A DNA stretch of 63,300 bases from Minisyncoccota bacterium (GCA_018060985.1 JAGOUZ010000005.1:1-63300), one strand, 5' to 3'. Numbered from the stretch's first letter, positions 20,520 to 30,760 are shown. Notes: generated by a model from the sequence alone, not told the origin. Translations and numbers: made by a program.

Positions 20520-23500
20520 TTACTTAGCTGCTTTTGCGCGACGCTGTCGCTTGAGCTCGTGACGATACGATAGTACTGGGATGAGGACGAGTGTAAGAAG
20601 CGTGCCGTAGATTAGGCCGAAACCGATAGTAAACGCGAGCGGCGCCCACATTGCTGATACGAAGGTGAGCGGGATCATACCCACGACGGTGGTGATGGTG
20701 GTTAGCAAGATCGGGCGAATACGTTCGACTGAAGCATCGAGCACAAGCCCCATGGCGTCTTTGCCTGGCGTTGCGATCTGCATTTTATGCAGAACGTCGA
20801 GGAGGAGGATGCCGTGGTTGATGATAACGCCGCCAAGCGCGATGATTCCAAGAAACGCAGTAAAGGAGAGTGCTTGGCCCATGATAAAGAGGCCAAGAAG
20901 CACGCCCGTAAGCGAGAGCGGGATCGCAAGTAGGAGGCGTAGTGTGGTACGGAAGGCGTTAAACTCCAGCACCAGGATCGAGAACATAAGCACCATACCA
21001 GCTAGAAGGGCAACAATCATTTCCGTGAAGGTCCTCTGAATCTCTTCATCGTCGCCACCATAGGTAAGGCGCACGCCTTCCGGCAGCTGTAACTGATCTG
21101 CCTGTTCACGAACCGCTTTGGTTATTTCGATAGCGTTAACGCCCTCATCTACATAGGCAGAAACAGATCCAATGCGCGTACCATTTTCGTGAAAGATTGC
21201 AGAAGAGCTGCGTTCAGCCGTGATTTCCACAAAGGTGCCGAGTGGCACTGCGCCTCGTGAAGTAACAATCGGAATCCGGGCGAGTGCATCAGCGTCGGCC
21301 ATAGTCGTCTCTTCTGGCTGTATGAAGTCAGGGTTTAGGTCGAGAGAGATACGCACAGCGATGTCATCGCCATCGATACGTACTTTTGCGGCTTCTAGGC
21401 CTGCAACTGCTGCACGCAGCGTGCTTGCTACATCGGCCGCAGAGAGTCCGTAGTCGTTGGCCTTCTCGCGGTTAACAGATATTTGAAGCTCGGTACTGTC
21501 GTTTGAAAGTGAAGAGGTGATGTCGCGAGTGCCTGGTATATTTTCAATAAGACGCTCCACCATTTCTGTTGCAATGCCAAGATTGTCGAGGCTATCGCTC
21601 CAGAGTTTGACCACCACCGGGGCGCCGGACGGCGGTCCACCGAGGTTGTCCATGACACTGATGGTTGCGCCTTTGGTGCCTTGCAGTGGCGCGAGGTCGC
21701 GGCGCATCTGGTTAGCTATGTCGATAGATGATGCGTTGCCGCGATCCTTCTTCAAGTTGACTGTGATGTTGGCCAGTTTGCTGTTGCCGGAAGATCCGCC
21801 TCCCACGTCTCCAGAGAAGACTGAACTCCCGCCGACGGTCGTAAGGTATGAGGCGACGAATGGATTTTGTGCAACGACAGCTTCCACTGTGCGCGCAACC
21901 TTATCGGTCTCTGCCAAGGTAGACGCCTGAGGCAACTCCATTTCTACGTAGAAGAAGTCGATATCGGAGGGCGGGAAGAGAACCGACTTAAGGAGGCCGG
22001 TTACCGGAAGGGCGATAGCCACAGCAAACGAAATGCCGAGAAACGCAAAGAAGAGTCGCTGATAGCGGCGGCTGTTAAACAAGCGCTGCATGGTGTTGCG
22101 ATAGCGGGTGGAAATGAGGGCCCACATTTTTTCGCGATACGCGGCAAGCGGGCTCTCACTGTGCTTCAGTATGGCGAGCGCGAGTAGCGGCACAAACCCG
22201 AGCGACACGAGGATCGAAGCAAGGAGGACTGCGATGATAGTGAAGGGGATAGACTGAATAAATTCCCCGATAATACCCGACAAAAAGAAAAGCGGAACAA
22301 AGACCGCAATAGTGGTCATCGTGCCTGCAATGAGTGGCATGCTGTAACGGCGTACGGCATCTTGTGCCGCGGCAAGTTTGTCCATGCCGCGTTCGCGGTT
22401 GGTATGGATAGCTTCCACTACCACAATGCCCGAGTCGACGAGAATACCAATAGCGATAACGAGTGAGAAGAGCGAGATGAAGTTGATCGTGTTTCCAGTA
22501 ACCCACATACCAAGAAACGCGATAACGAAAGAAAACGGTATCGAGAGCGCTGCAACAACCGACTCGCGCCAGCCGATTGTGATAAGCAGCACAATCATAA
22601 CCAGAATAATAGTGTCGCGTCCGGCGTGAGTGAGCTCCGAAATACTGCGCTGCACCTCGTCGCCTGCGTCGTAGATTACGAGAGCCGAAGAGCCCGTAAG
22701 AGTAGTATCTTCAAGTTCGACGAGGCGTTCCTTTACACGGTTAGTTACTGAGAGAATGTTCGCGCCAGACGATTTATACACGTTAAGGGTCATCGCGTAT
22801 GAAGGCTCCTCACCGTTTTCTGCAAGGCGTGTAACGCTTGAGGTGCGCTCAAAGCCGTCAACAACCGTTGCAATGTCTCGCAGCAATACTTCGCCAGTCG
22901 CGAGAGGTATAGGTACCAAGCTGACGTCCTCGGCGTTTGAAATGCTTCCATTAAACTGGAGCGGATATTCAATAGTGTCGACTACGAGAGTACCTGCGGG
23001 AGCTGAGGCGTTGGCGCCTGAAAGCGCCGCGAGCACTTGCCTGATATTTAAATTGTGCCGAGCAAGGGCGTCACTGTGGAGGATTACAGATATCTCACGC
23101 CCTCGCACGCCAGAGAGTTCAACGCGAGATACCCCTTCAAGCGACTGAAGATCGTCTTTAAGGTTCTTGCCGAGCGTGTGGAGGGTCTCTGGTGTAAGGT
23201 CGCTTGATACGCCCACCATGAGAACTGGCTGATTTTGAAAGTCGACTTTGGTGACGGTTGGACTCTCGGCGTCGCTGGGGAGGTCGCGTTTTGATCCCTC
23301 GACCGCGTTGCGAAGGTCCTGGATTGCCGTCTCGATATCTGCCGAGGCAAGAAACTGCGCGCTAATGATGGAAACGCCCTGTACTGAGTGAGAGGTGACT
23401 AGGTCGATGTTTGGAACATTGCGAACCGCTGGTTCAAGTTTGTCCGTAACAAGACGCTCCACGTCGGCCGCGGTTGCGCCAGGAAGCACTGTTGTCACAA

Positions 23501-23639
23501 TACCAACAGGCACTACCACTTCGGGGGATGACTCTTTTGGCAGTGCAATCAGCGCAAACACACCCGCAATAAGGAACGCGGCCATTGCCAATATGGTGAA
23601 TGCGCGGCGTGTGAGAAAAAAGTTCCAGACAGAGTACAT
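20520..23639 (-). CDS. RND efflux permease (AcrB/AcrD/AcrF family)
   Basis: 1039 aa; LPKESSP; GILVDSGIVVVE; GGVIINHGILLLD; RIRPILLTTITTVVGMIPL. Confidence 0.95.
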   Translation of the reverse strand: MYSVWNFFLTRRAFTILAMAAFLIAGVFALIALPKESSPEVVVPVGIVTTVLPGATAADVERLVTDKLEPAVRNVPNIDLVTSHSVQGVSIISAQFLASADIETAIQDLRNAVEGSKRDLPSDAESPTVTKVDFQNQPVLMVGVSSDLTPETLHTLGKNLKDDLQSLEGVSRVELSGVRGREISVILHSDALARHNLNIRQVLAALSGANASAPAGTLVVDTIEYPLQFNGSISNAEDVSLVPIPLATGEVLLRDIATVVDGFERTSSVTRLAENGEEPSYAMTLNVYKSSGANILSVTNRVKERLVELEDTTLTGSSALVIYDAGDEVQRSISELTHAGRDTIILVMIVLLITIGWRESVVAALSIPFSFVIAFLGMWVTGNTINFISLFSLVIAIGILVDSGIVVVEAIHTNRERGMDKLAAAQDAVRRYSMPLIAGTMTTIAVFVPLFFLSGIIGEFIQSIPFTIIAVLLASILVSLGFVPLLALAILKHSESPLAAYREKMWALISTRYRNTMQRLFNSRRYQRLFFAFLGISFAVAIALPVTGLLKSVLFPPSDIDFFYVEMELPQASTLAETDKVARTVEAVVAQNPFVASYLTTVGGSSVFSGDVGGGSSGNSKLANITVNLKKDRGNASSIDIANQMRRDLAPLQGTKGATISVMDNLGGPPSGAPVVVKLWSDSLDNLGIATEMVERLIENIPGTRDITSSLSNDSTELQISVNREKANDYGLSAADVASTLRAAVAGLEAAKVRIDGDDIAVRISLDLNPDFIQPEETTMADADALARIPIVTSRGAVPLGTFVEITAERSSSAIFHENGTRIGSVSAYVDEGVNAIEITKAVREQADQLQLPEGVRLTYGGDDEEIQRTFTEMIVALLAGMVLMFSILVLEFNAFRTTLRLLLAIPLSLTGVLLGLFIMGQALSFTAFLGIIALGGVIINHGILLLDVLHKMQIATPGKDAMGLVLDASVERIRPILLTTITTVVGMIPLTFVSAMWAPLAFTIGFGLIYGTLLTLVLIPVLSYRHELKRQRRAKAAK

Positions 23640-23645
23640 ACAGGC

Positions 23646-24932
23646 TTATTGTTCGATAATTACAACAGCTTCTCCGCTTTTCAGACCGCGTACATCCTTG
23701 ACGATTTGCTCCGATCCATCGAGACCTTCAACCGAAATACTGTTTGCAGTCACGAGACCGGTTTGTACTTCGCGCGATTCAAGTATTCCCTCTGCGTTTA
23801 CGAGAAAGACAAAGGCGCCTGCCGGAGAGTACTTTACGGCAGAGAGTGGAAGTGCAAAGGAACGTGTCGTTTCAACTCCTTCTTTGGGAGTGATGATGGC
23901 AATATCGCTTCCGGTTGAAATAACGTCACCTGCGCGCACGTTAACTGCTACAAGCGTACCTGCAAAAGGTGCGCGTATGATGGTCTTTGCGTACGAGCTG
24001 CGCACGGCTTCAAGTGCACCAAGGGCCTGCTTCACTACCGCCTGTGCAGATGCGCTGCCTGTGTTTGATGCATTGGCGATTGCCGTGCGAGCAGAGTCTA
24101 CATCTGCCTGAAGTGCGGTAATGCTGGCGCGAGCAGTACCAAGGCTCGTCGCATCGTCGGTGCGATCGCTTTCTGAATAGGTGCCTGAGATTTCCTGGCG
24201 TGGAATAAGAGCAGCAATGCGATCGACAAGAGTGCCAATCTGCGCGAGGTCGCCAGAGAGCTCGTTGAGTTTAGCTGAACTGTTTGACTCATTTATTTGA
24301 TCAGTCTCCCAGCGGTCAAAGATTTTTTCGACTGCCGTACGTGCGGTATTGAATTCATCTGCTGCGCCGAATGCCTGCAGTTTAAAGCCGCTCGCACCCT
24401 GAGAGCTGCGCACGTCACCATAGAAGATGTCGATCGACGATCGTATCGTTTTAGCCGCTGCAACGGTCGCAGAGGTCCACGTACGAACCGCTCCCTTCTG
24501 TGCAGCCTCCTGCGAATTCGCATTTCCACCAGAGGCAGCAACTGCTGCCTCATAGGCACCCTCAGCCTGAGTAAGTGCGGCTTGCTGAGCGCTGCTTTCA
24601 AGCTGGGCGACAATCGTACCTTGCGCCACTGCACCTGTTTGGGCAGCGCGAGTAATTTTGCCTCCTGCTTCAGCGCGGATTACGAATGAGTTACCGTTTG
24701 CGGTGGGAACCGCTACACCAAGCGCTCCTTTAGCGTAGGCGCCAACAGAGACTACTTCAACTTGGGGGAGGCCTGCCTCTGCCTCGGGTTCAGCCTTGTT
24801 ACTACCTAGGAGAAAGAAGCCAATAACGGCAAGGATGACTAACACTACAACTACCAACGTGCGGCGTGAGCGCAGTTTCCATCCAGAAAATATCTTCGCG
24901 ATCGAGTTTTTGATCATAGTTAAGGCAGACAT
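23646..24932 (-). CDS. RND adaptor (membrane fusion protein) with long coiled coil
   Basis: N-terminal TM; IRAEAGGKI; IIRAPFAGTL...V-GD; LP-SAV; VFLV...REVQTGL. Confidence 0.9.
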   Translation of the reverse strand: MSALTMIKNSIAKIFSGWKLRSRRTLVVVVLVILAVIGFFLLGSNKAEPEAEAGLPQVEVVSVGAYAKGALGVAVPTANGNSFVIRAEAGGKITRAAQTGAVAQGTIVAQLESSAQQAALTQAEGAYEAAVAASGGNANSQEAAQKGAVRTWTSATVAAAKTIRSSIDIFYGDVRSSQGASGFKLQAFGAADEFNTARTAVEKIFDRWETDQINESNSSAKLNELSGDLAQIGTLVDRIAALIPRQEISGTYSESDRTDDATSLGTARASITALQADVDSARTAIANASNTGSASAQAVVKQALGALEAVRSSYAKTIIRAPFAGTLVAVNVRAGDVISTGSDIAIITPKEGVETTRSFALPLSAVKYSPAGAFVFLVNAEGILESREVQTGLVTANSISVEGLDGSEQIVKDVRGLKSGEAVVIIEQ

Positions 24933-25045
24933 ATAAATAAACCCCGTATTCCTTTATAATATACCCCATTTTAACAAATATGTCTATAACAAAGTCGTTT
25001 GTTTACGTATGATAGCCATGCTATATTAACCTCCACTTGTAAAGT

Positions 25046-26008
25046 ATGGCATTAAGTATTGGCATCGTAGGGCTCCCAAACGTGGGGAAGTCGACTCTTT
25101 TTAACGCGCTCACCAAAAAGAGCGTGCTCGTTGCTAACTACCCGTTTGCAACTATCGACCCGAGCGTTGGCGTTGTAGCCGTACCCGACGAGCGTCGCGA
25201 AAAGTTAGCTCAATTTTCAAATTCTAAAAAAGATGTTCCAGCGGCGGTGGAGTTTGTAGACATTGCCGGTTTGGTTAAGGGCGCCAGTGAGGGCGAAGGC
25301 CTTGGCAATGAATTTTTACAGAATATCCGCGAGGTAGACGCTATTGCCCATGTGGTGCGCATTTTCGACAACCCAAACATCGGCCATGTTGAAGGCCGCG
25401 TAGACCCAGTCTCTGATATTGAGCTTATTAACACCGAGCTCGAGCTTGCCGATATAGAAAAGGACTCAAAAAAGAAGGCTACAACTCAGCTACCGCCTAA
25501 ACTGTCTGAAAAGCCAGTGTTGTACGTGCTCAACAAAGAAGCGGGTGGCCACAACCTGGATGAAATGAAAGATGAGCGCTGGGATCGCCTTATGGAGTTT
25601 CTTGCTGACAAAATGTGGGTAATTGTAGACGCCAATGTAGAAAGTGACCTCCGTGAGCTCCACAAAGATGACAAACAGCAGTTTAGACAAGAGTACGGCG
25701 TCTTTGAGGACGGTATTAATCAGCTTATCCGCAAGGGCTACGAACTACTCGGCCTTATAAGTTTTTTTACAACCGGCGAGGACGAGACCCGCGCATGGAC
25801 TATTGTTAATGGGTCGACGGCTCCTAAAGCGGGCGCAGCTATTCACAGTGATTTTGAAACAAAGTTTATCCGTGCCGAAGTAGTGGAGTGGCAGAAACTG
25901 CTTGAAGCAGGTTCTCGCGCTGCCGCAAGAGAAAAGGGTTGGATTCGCACTGAGGGCAAAGAATATATTGTAAAAGACGGCGATGTTATAGAGTTTCTCC
26001 ACTCATAA
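25046..26008 (+). CDS. ychF: YchF/Obg-like ATPase with shortened helical domain
   Basis: GIVGLPNVGKSTLFNALT, ANYPFATIDP, DIAGLVKGASEGEGLGN, TGS-domain FIRAEV...GKEYIVKDGD. Confidence 0.97.
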   Translation: MALSIGIVGLPNVGKSTLFNALTKKSVLVANYPFATIDPSVGVVAVPDERREKLAQFSNSKKDVPAAVEFVDIAGLVKGASEGEGLGNEFLQNIREVDAIAHVVRIFDNPNIGHVEGRVDPVSDIELINTELELADIEKDSKKKATTQLPPKLSEKPVLYVLNKEAGGHNLDEMKDERWDRLMEFLADKMWVIVDANVESDLRELHKDDKQQFRQEYGVFEDGINQLIRKGYELLGLISFFTTGEDETRAWTIVNGSTAPKAGAAIHSDFETKFIRAEVVEWQKLLEAGSRAAAREKGWIRTEGKEYIVKDGDVIEFLHS

Positions 26009-26012
26009 GAAA

Positions 26013-26046
26013 AAGCGCTGCGGTCCCTGGGGGACACACAGCGCTT
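26013..26046. terminator. hairpin between convergent ychF and micro-ORF
   Basis: AAGCGCTG/CAGCGCTT with inner GTCCC/GGGAC; the A-run upstream gives a minus-strand U-tract. Confidence 0.6.
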
Positions 26047-26060
26047 CGATCGGCCGGGGG

Positions 26061-26174
26061 CTAGCTGTTGACGATGATGCCGCCGCCGATGAAAAAGATC
26101 GCCCCCATGATGCACCAGGCCATCACCCGGTTGACCATCTGCTTCGTCTCGTCTTTCGCGGTGCTGCTGCTCAC
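26061..26174 (-). CDS. 37-aa single-TM micro-protein MSSSTAKDETKQMVNRVMAWCIMGAIFFIGGGIIVNS (not in ORF track)
   Basis: GTG start with TAGGAG SD 8 nt upstream; TAG stop; own promoter and terminator. Confidence 0.65.
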   Translation of the reverse strand: MSSSTAKDETKQMVNRVMAWCIMGAIFFIGGGIIVNS

Positions 26175-26210
26175 GGTACTGTCTCCTATAAGGGAACTGT
26201 CTACCTGTAT

Positions 26211-26240
26211 ATCATAACATACATATAGTGTATCTGTCAA
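26211..26240 (-). promoter_or_regulatory. sigma70-type promoter for the 37-aa ORF
   Basis: Minus strand TTGACA-N18-TATGAT with extended TGn. Confidence 0.65.
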
Positions 26241-26282
26241 GCGCTGCCAGGCCCTAAAAAACGTTGTACTATTAACGTATAT

Positions 26283-27227
26283 ATGGAACGAGCTAAAACA
26301 ACACCCAAGGACTTCTTCCTATGGGCAGGGGCAATGGTCTCTTTATACGCGGGGATAGTGGCGTTTATTACGCTTCTTTTTAACTATATTAATTTCACCT
26401 TTCCTGACCCGCTACAGTATTTGGGCGATCCGTACTCCAGCGGCATTCCGTATCAGATGGCGACGCTCATTGTGCTTACGCCAGTGTTTTTGGTATTGAT
26501 GCGCGTAATTCGCAAAGAGATTGAGGTTGACCCATCGCGCGCTCAGATCTGGGTTCGCCGTTGGGCATTGTTCCTTACGGTGTTTGTGGCAGGGGCATCC
26601 ATCGTTGTTGACCTCATTGTTCTCCTCACAACGTTCTTGAGCGGCGAGTCTTTGACTACCGCCTTTCTTCTTAAGGTGGCAGTAGTGCTCTTGGTAGCTA
26701 GTGCGGGCTTTATGCACTTTTTGGCGGACCTGTGGGGCTTTTGGCATCAGTACCCGGCACGTGCCCGCACGGTTAATTGGGGAGTGGGGCTCTTGGTCAT
26801 ACTTACTATCCTCGCAGGATTTCTTATTGTTGGTACGCCGCAGCAGGCACGCATGTTCCGTCTCGACCAGCAAAAGGTAAATGACCTTCAGAATATTCAG
26901 TGGCAGATCATTAACTTCTGGCAGAAGAAACAAACCCTTCCTGAAGCTCTCGATGAACTTACTGATCCTCTAAGCGGATATACCGTGCCAGTAGATACTG
27001 AAAGCGGCGAAGCGTATGACTACAACCGTATCTCACTAACCTCGTTCACCTTGTGTGCAACCTTTAACCTTGCGGGCGGGGGACAGGAATTTGGGAGAGA
27101 AATCTCCTACCCAGCCACTGTTGGAGGCAAAGGTATGGACACCTGGGAGCATACGGCGGGCGAGACCTGCTTTGAGCGCACGATAGATCCAGATCTCTAT
27201 CCTCCATTTACCAAACCAGGAATGTAG
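26283..27227 (+). CDS. DUF5671-like membrane protein with pilin-like C-terminal globular domain
   Basis: KDFFL...SLY; LIV-TPVF; RRWALFLTVF...DLI-LL--FL-GE; then RLDQQKV-DLQ-I...LPE-L-EL...D-E-GE-Y-Y...FTLCATF. Confidence 0.7.
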   Translation: MERAKTTPKDFFLWAGAMVSLYAGIVAFITLLFNYINFTFPDPLQYLGDPYSSGIPYQMATLIVLTPVFLVLMRVIRKEIEVDPSRAQIWVRRWALFLTVFVAGASIVVDLIVLLTTFLSGESLTTAFLLKVAVVLLVASAGFMHFLADLWGFWHQYPARARTVNWGVGLLVILTILAGFLIVGTPQQARMFRLDQQKVNDLQNIQWQIINFWQKKQTLPEALDELTDPLSGYTVPVDTESGEAYDYNRISLTSFTLCATFNLAGGGQEFGREISYPATVGGKGMDTWEHTAGETCFERTIDPDLYPPFTKPGM

Positions 27228-27242
27228 ATTAGATTCGAGTGA

Positions 27243-29624
27243 ATGGCCGCTTACGATCATAAAACAGTAGAACAAAAGTGGCAGAAGCGATGGGAAGAAT
27301 CGCAGGCCTTTAAAGCCCCCTACAACCCAAAGAAAAAACTGTATGTGCTTGATATGTTTCCGTACCCGTCTGGCTCGGGGCTGCATGTGGGTCACGTCGA
27401 GGGTTATACTGGGACTGATATTTATAGCCGCTTTAAGCGCATGCAGGGCTTCGACGTACTCCACCCTATGGGTTGGGACTCGTTTGGCCTGCCAGCAGAA
27501 AACTACGCTGTTAAGACTGGTATTCCGCCTGCACAAACGACGAACGAGGCTATTACGACCTTCCGTGCACAGATAAAGCGCCTCGGACTTTCCTATGACT
27601 GGAGCAGGGAGGTGGGAGCTCATACGCCCGAATACTACAAGTGGACTCAGTGGCTCTTTCTCTTTTTGTATAAAAACGGCCTCGCAGAGAAGAAGCTTTC
27701 TAAAGTTAACTGGTGCCCTAAAGATCAGACCGTACTTGCTAACGAGCAGGTAGTTAATGGCGCCTGCGAGCGCTGTGGTACTGCAGTGGTGCAAAAAGAC
27801 TTGGAGCAGTGGTTTTTTAAGATCACCGAATACGCCGATGCACTTGTTGACGATTTGGACTCTGTGGATTGGCCGGAATCCACAAAAATTAACCAGCGCA
27901 ATTGGATTGGCCGTAGCCAGGGCGCAGAAATAGACTTTACGATTCTATTTAAAATAGATCCAAAGAATAACGATTGGCACGACGAGGCAGGGAAGCCAGC
28001 TCATGTAACGGTGTTTACCACGCGACCGGATACTATTTTTGGTGCTACGTATGTGGTATTGGCGCCGGAACATCCATGGGTAGCAGGAGCGCTACAGTAT
28101 AACCGCACCGTGTTTGAAAATGCCGATGAAGTAGAGGCCTACGTGCAGGCAACTAAAAACCGGACTGATCTTGAACGCCAGGAAGGGCAGAAAGACAAAA
28201 CCGGCGTAGAACTCAAGGGTATTAAAGCGGTCAATCCTGCCAATAACGAAGAGGTTCCGGTCTGGATATCAGACTTTGTGCTAGGTAGTTATGGCACCGG
28301 GGCCCTAATGGCCGTGCCCGCACACGACGAGCGCGATAGAGAGTTTGCAGAGAAATTCAGCCTTCCTATAAAAGACATTGAGCTGGAGGACCCAAAAAAG
28401 ATTACAGAAAAAGTGGGGGGTCGGTTAGTAAAAAAATATCGTCTACGCGACTGGCTCATTTCGCGCCAGCGCTATTGGGGTGCACCTATACCGGTTGTGT
28501 ATGATCCTGACGGTAAAGCACATCCGGTGCCCGAAGAGCATTTGCCATGGCTCTTGCCAACCGACGTAGAGTTTAAGCCAACCGGCACATCGCCGCTCGG
28601 GCAATCTAAAGAACTGCTGGAACGTACAGAAAAGATTTTTGGTAAAGGCTGGAAGCCGGAAATAGATACTATGGACACATTTATGTGCTCGTCGTGGTAC
28701 TTCTTTAGGTTTGCCGACCCGCAAAACACAGAAGAATTTGCCTCAAAAGAAGCTATACAAAAGTGGCTTCCGGTAGACCTATACGTTGGCGGCGCCGAGC
28801 ACACGGTGCTGCACCTTATGTATGCCCGCTTCTTTACCAAAGTGCTTCAAAAACACGGGTTTATAAGCTTCGGAGAGCCATTTCAGAAGCTTCGCCACCA
28901 GGGGACTATCCTTGCAGAAGACGGCACCAAAATGAGCAAGTCAAAAGGCAACGTTATTAACCCCGACGACGTGATCGAACGCTATGGAGCAGACACCTTG
29001 AGGCTCTACGAAATGTTTATGGGTCCATTTGAGGCAATGAAGCCCTGGAATACGAACAATATTTTGGGCGTACGCCGCTTTTTGGAGAGGGTGTGGAAAC
29101 TCGGCGAATCCTTCGGCTCCGGAGAGATGAACACGACCTCTACTCCTACGCCAAAGGATATCGCCTCGTCTTTAGACACACTTCTCCATCAAACTATTAA
29201 GAAAGTTACTGACAATCTTGAGGGCTTAAAGTTCAATACCGCAGTTTCTGCACTCATGATTTTGCTTAACGAACTTGAAAGTCTTCCAAGTGTGCCTAAA
29301 GACGCCTATACCGTATTTTTGCAGTTACTCGCGCCTCTCGCGCCTCATATAACATCTGAGCTCGCAGAGGTGAAAGGAGTGTCTATTGAAGGATGGCCTC
29401 AGGCCGACAGCTCAAAACTAGCTAGTGCCACGGTTAAAGTGGCTGTGCAGGTCAATGGCAAAGTACGCGCCACCCTAGAGCTTGCTAGCGATATGGGTGA
29501 GGGGGAGGCTCTAGATGCTGCCCGGGCCGATGCTACGGTGGCCAAGTGGTTAGCCCTTGGCAAAGAGATTAAGGCGGTGTATGTTCCTGGCAAGGTCATA
29601 AATTTCGTGATTAGGGAAGTTTGA
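27243..29624 (+). CDS. leuS: leucine--tRNA ligase
   Basis: LDMFPYPSGSGLHVGH, CP1 TTRPDT and GTGA-MAVPAHD-RD, DW-ISRQRYWG, KMSKS. Confidence 0.98.
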   Translation: MAAYDHKTVEQKWQKRWEESQAFKAPYNPKKKLYVLDMFPYPSGSGLHVGHVEGYTGTDIYSRFKRMQGFDVLHPMGWDSFGLPAENYAVKTGIPPAQTTNEAITTFRAQIKRLGLSYDWSREVGAHTPEYYKWTQWLFLFLYKNGLAEKKLSKVNWCPKDQTVLANEQVVNGACERCGTAVVQKDLEQWFFKITEYADALVDDLDSVDWPESTKINQRNWIGRSQGAEIDFTILFKIDPKNNDWHDEAGKPAHVTVFTTRPDTIFGATYVVLAPEHPWVAGALQYNRTVFENADEVEAYVQATKNRTDLERQEGQKDKTGVELKGIKAVNPANNEEVPVWISDFVLGSYGTGALMAVPAHDERDREFAEKFSLPIKDIELEDPKKITEKVGGRLVKKYRLRDWLISRQRYWGAPIPVVYDPDGKAHPVPEEHLPWLLPTDVEFKPTGTSPLGQSKELLERTEKIFGKGWKPEIDTMDTFMCSSWYFFRFADPQNTEEFASKEAIQKWLPVDLYVGGAEHTVLHLMYARFFTKVLQKHGFISFGEPFQKLRHQGTILAEDGTKMSKSKGNVINPDDVIERYGADTLRLYEMFMGPFEAMKPWNTNNILGVRRFLERVWKLGESFGSGEMNTTSTPTPKDIASSLDTLLHQTIKKVTDNLEGLKFNTAVSALMILLNELESLPSVPKDAYTVFLQLLAPLAPHITSELAEVKGVSIEGWPQADSSKLASATVKVAVQVNGKVRATLELASDMGEGEALDAARADATVAKWLALGKEIKAVYVPGKVINFVIREV

Positions 29625-29648
29625 CAGGAGTTCATAGTGTGATATATT
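29621..29648 (+). promoter_or_regulatory. sigma70-type promoter overlapping the leuS stop
   Basis: TTGACA-N16-TATATT with TGn. Confidence 0.55.
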
Positions 29649-29663
29649 AGAACACACAAAAGT

Positions 29664-30707
29664 ATGCCACAAACGGCCGATAAAACCGGGTTCAAACCGA
29701 AGGCTATAGTTAAGAAGTTGCTTACGAGCCTCCCTGAACGTTCACGCACCGTACTCGAGGCGCGCTTTGGCCTTGGTCAAAGTGCTGAACGCGTTACCCT
29801 CGAGTCTATCGGCAAGCGCTGGGGCATTACCCGCGAACGTGTTCGTCAGATTGAGAACCACGCTCTCGCGGCTCTTAAAAAGTCTCCTGCATTTGGTGAA
29901 GCGCATGCTGCGTTTACAGAGCTCGAACGTATCGTCGACAGTCTCGGCGGCATTGTATGCGAAAGCGATCTCCTCAACTTTATTACGAAGGATCCGAGCA
30001 TGCAGAACCACATTTACTTCCTCCTCGTACTTGGTGACCCATTTAAATACCGCAAAGAAGATGATGAGGTGGAACGCTGCTGGTATGTAGACCAGGCGCT
30101 TGCCAAAAAGGTTGAAGATGCTCTTACGCGCCTCTACCAAGGCCTTTCAGACGAAGATTTGATCCCAGAAGGAGAGATGATAGACCGCTTTTTGAAGGAA
30201 CTTCAGGACATCAACGACAAACACCGCAATCAGGAGGTTCTTAAACGTTGGCTCTCAATTTCTAAGAAAATCGGAAAGAATCCGCTTGGTGAGTGGGGTC
30301 ACTCGGCATCACCGAATGTTAAGACTAAGGGTGTACGTGACTACGCATACTTGGCAGTTAAGAAGCATGGAAGCCCGCTCCACTTCCGCGAAGTCGCTAA
30401 GATCATCGAAAAGATGTTCAACCGCGCAGCGCATGTAGCTACCACACACAACGAACTCATTAAAGACGACCGCTTTGTACTCGTGGGTCGTGGTATGTAC
30501 GCTCTTAAAGAGTGGGGATACGCTTCAGGCGTGGTCCGCGATGTCATCCGCAATGTACTGCGCGAAAGTGGCCCTATGACTAAAGAACAGATAATCGACA
30601 AGGTCCTCAAAGAGCGCCATGTAAAGCCCGGCACCGTGGTGGTGAACCTCCAAAATCAGAAATACTTCAAACGCGGCAAGGACGGAAAATTTGTTCTCGT
30701 AAAATAA
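29664..30707 (+). CDS. sigma70 region-4-like HTH plus C-terminal HARE-HTH-like winged helices
   Basis: VLEARFGL...TLESIGKRWGITRERVRQIE; YLAVKKHGSPLHFREV; THNELIKDDRFVLVGRGMYALKEW. Confidence 0.8.
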   Translation: MPQTADKTGFKPKAIVKKLLTSLPERSRTVLEARFGLGQSAERVTLESIGKRWGITRERVRQIENHALAALKKSPAFGEAHAAFTELERIVDSLGGIVCESDLLNFITKDPSMQNHIYFLLVLGDPFKYRKEDDEVERCWYVDQALAKKVEDALTRLYQGLSDEDLIPEGEMIDRFLKELQDINDKHRNQEVLKRWLSISKKIGKNPLGEWGHSASPNVKTKGVRDYAYLAVKKHGSPLHFREVAKIIEKMFNRAAHVATTHNELIKDDRFVLVGRGMYALKEWGYASGVVRDVIRNVLRESGPMTKEQIIDKVLKERHVKPGTVVVNLQNQKYFKRGKDGKFVLVK

Positions 30708-30733
30708 AGGGCTTCCAGTGACTTAAGAAAAGA

Positions 30734-30760
30734 GCTCCTGATTAGGAGCCTTTTTCTTTT
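30734..30760 (+). terminator. intrinsic terminator
   Basis: GCTCCT-GATT-AGGAGC followed by CTTTTTCTTTT. Confidence 0.7.
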
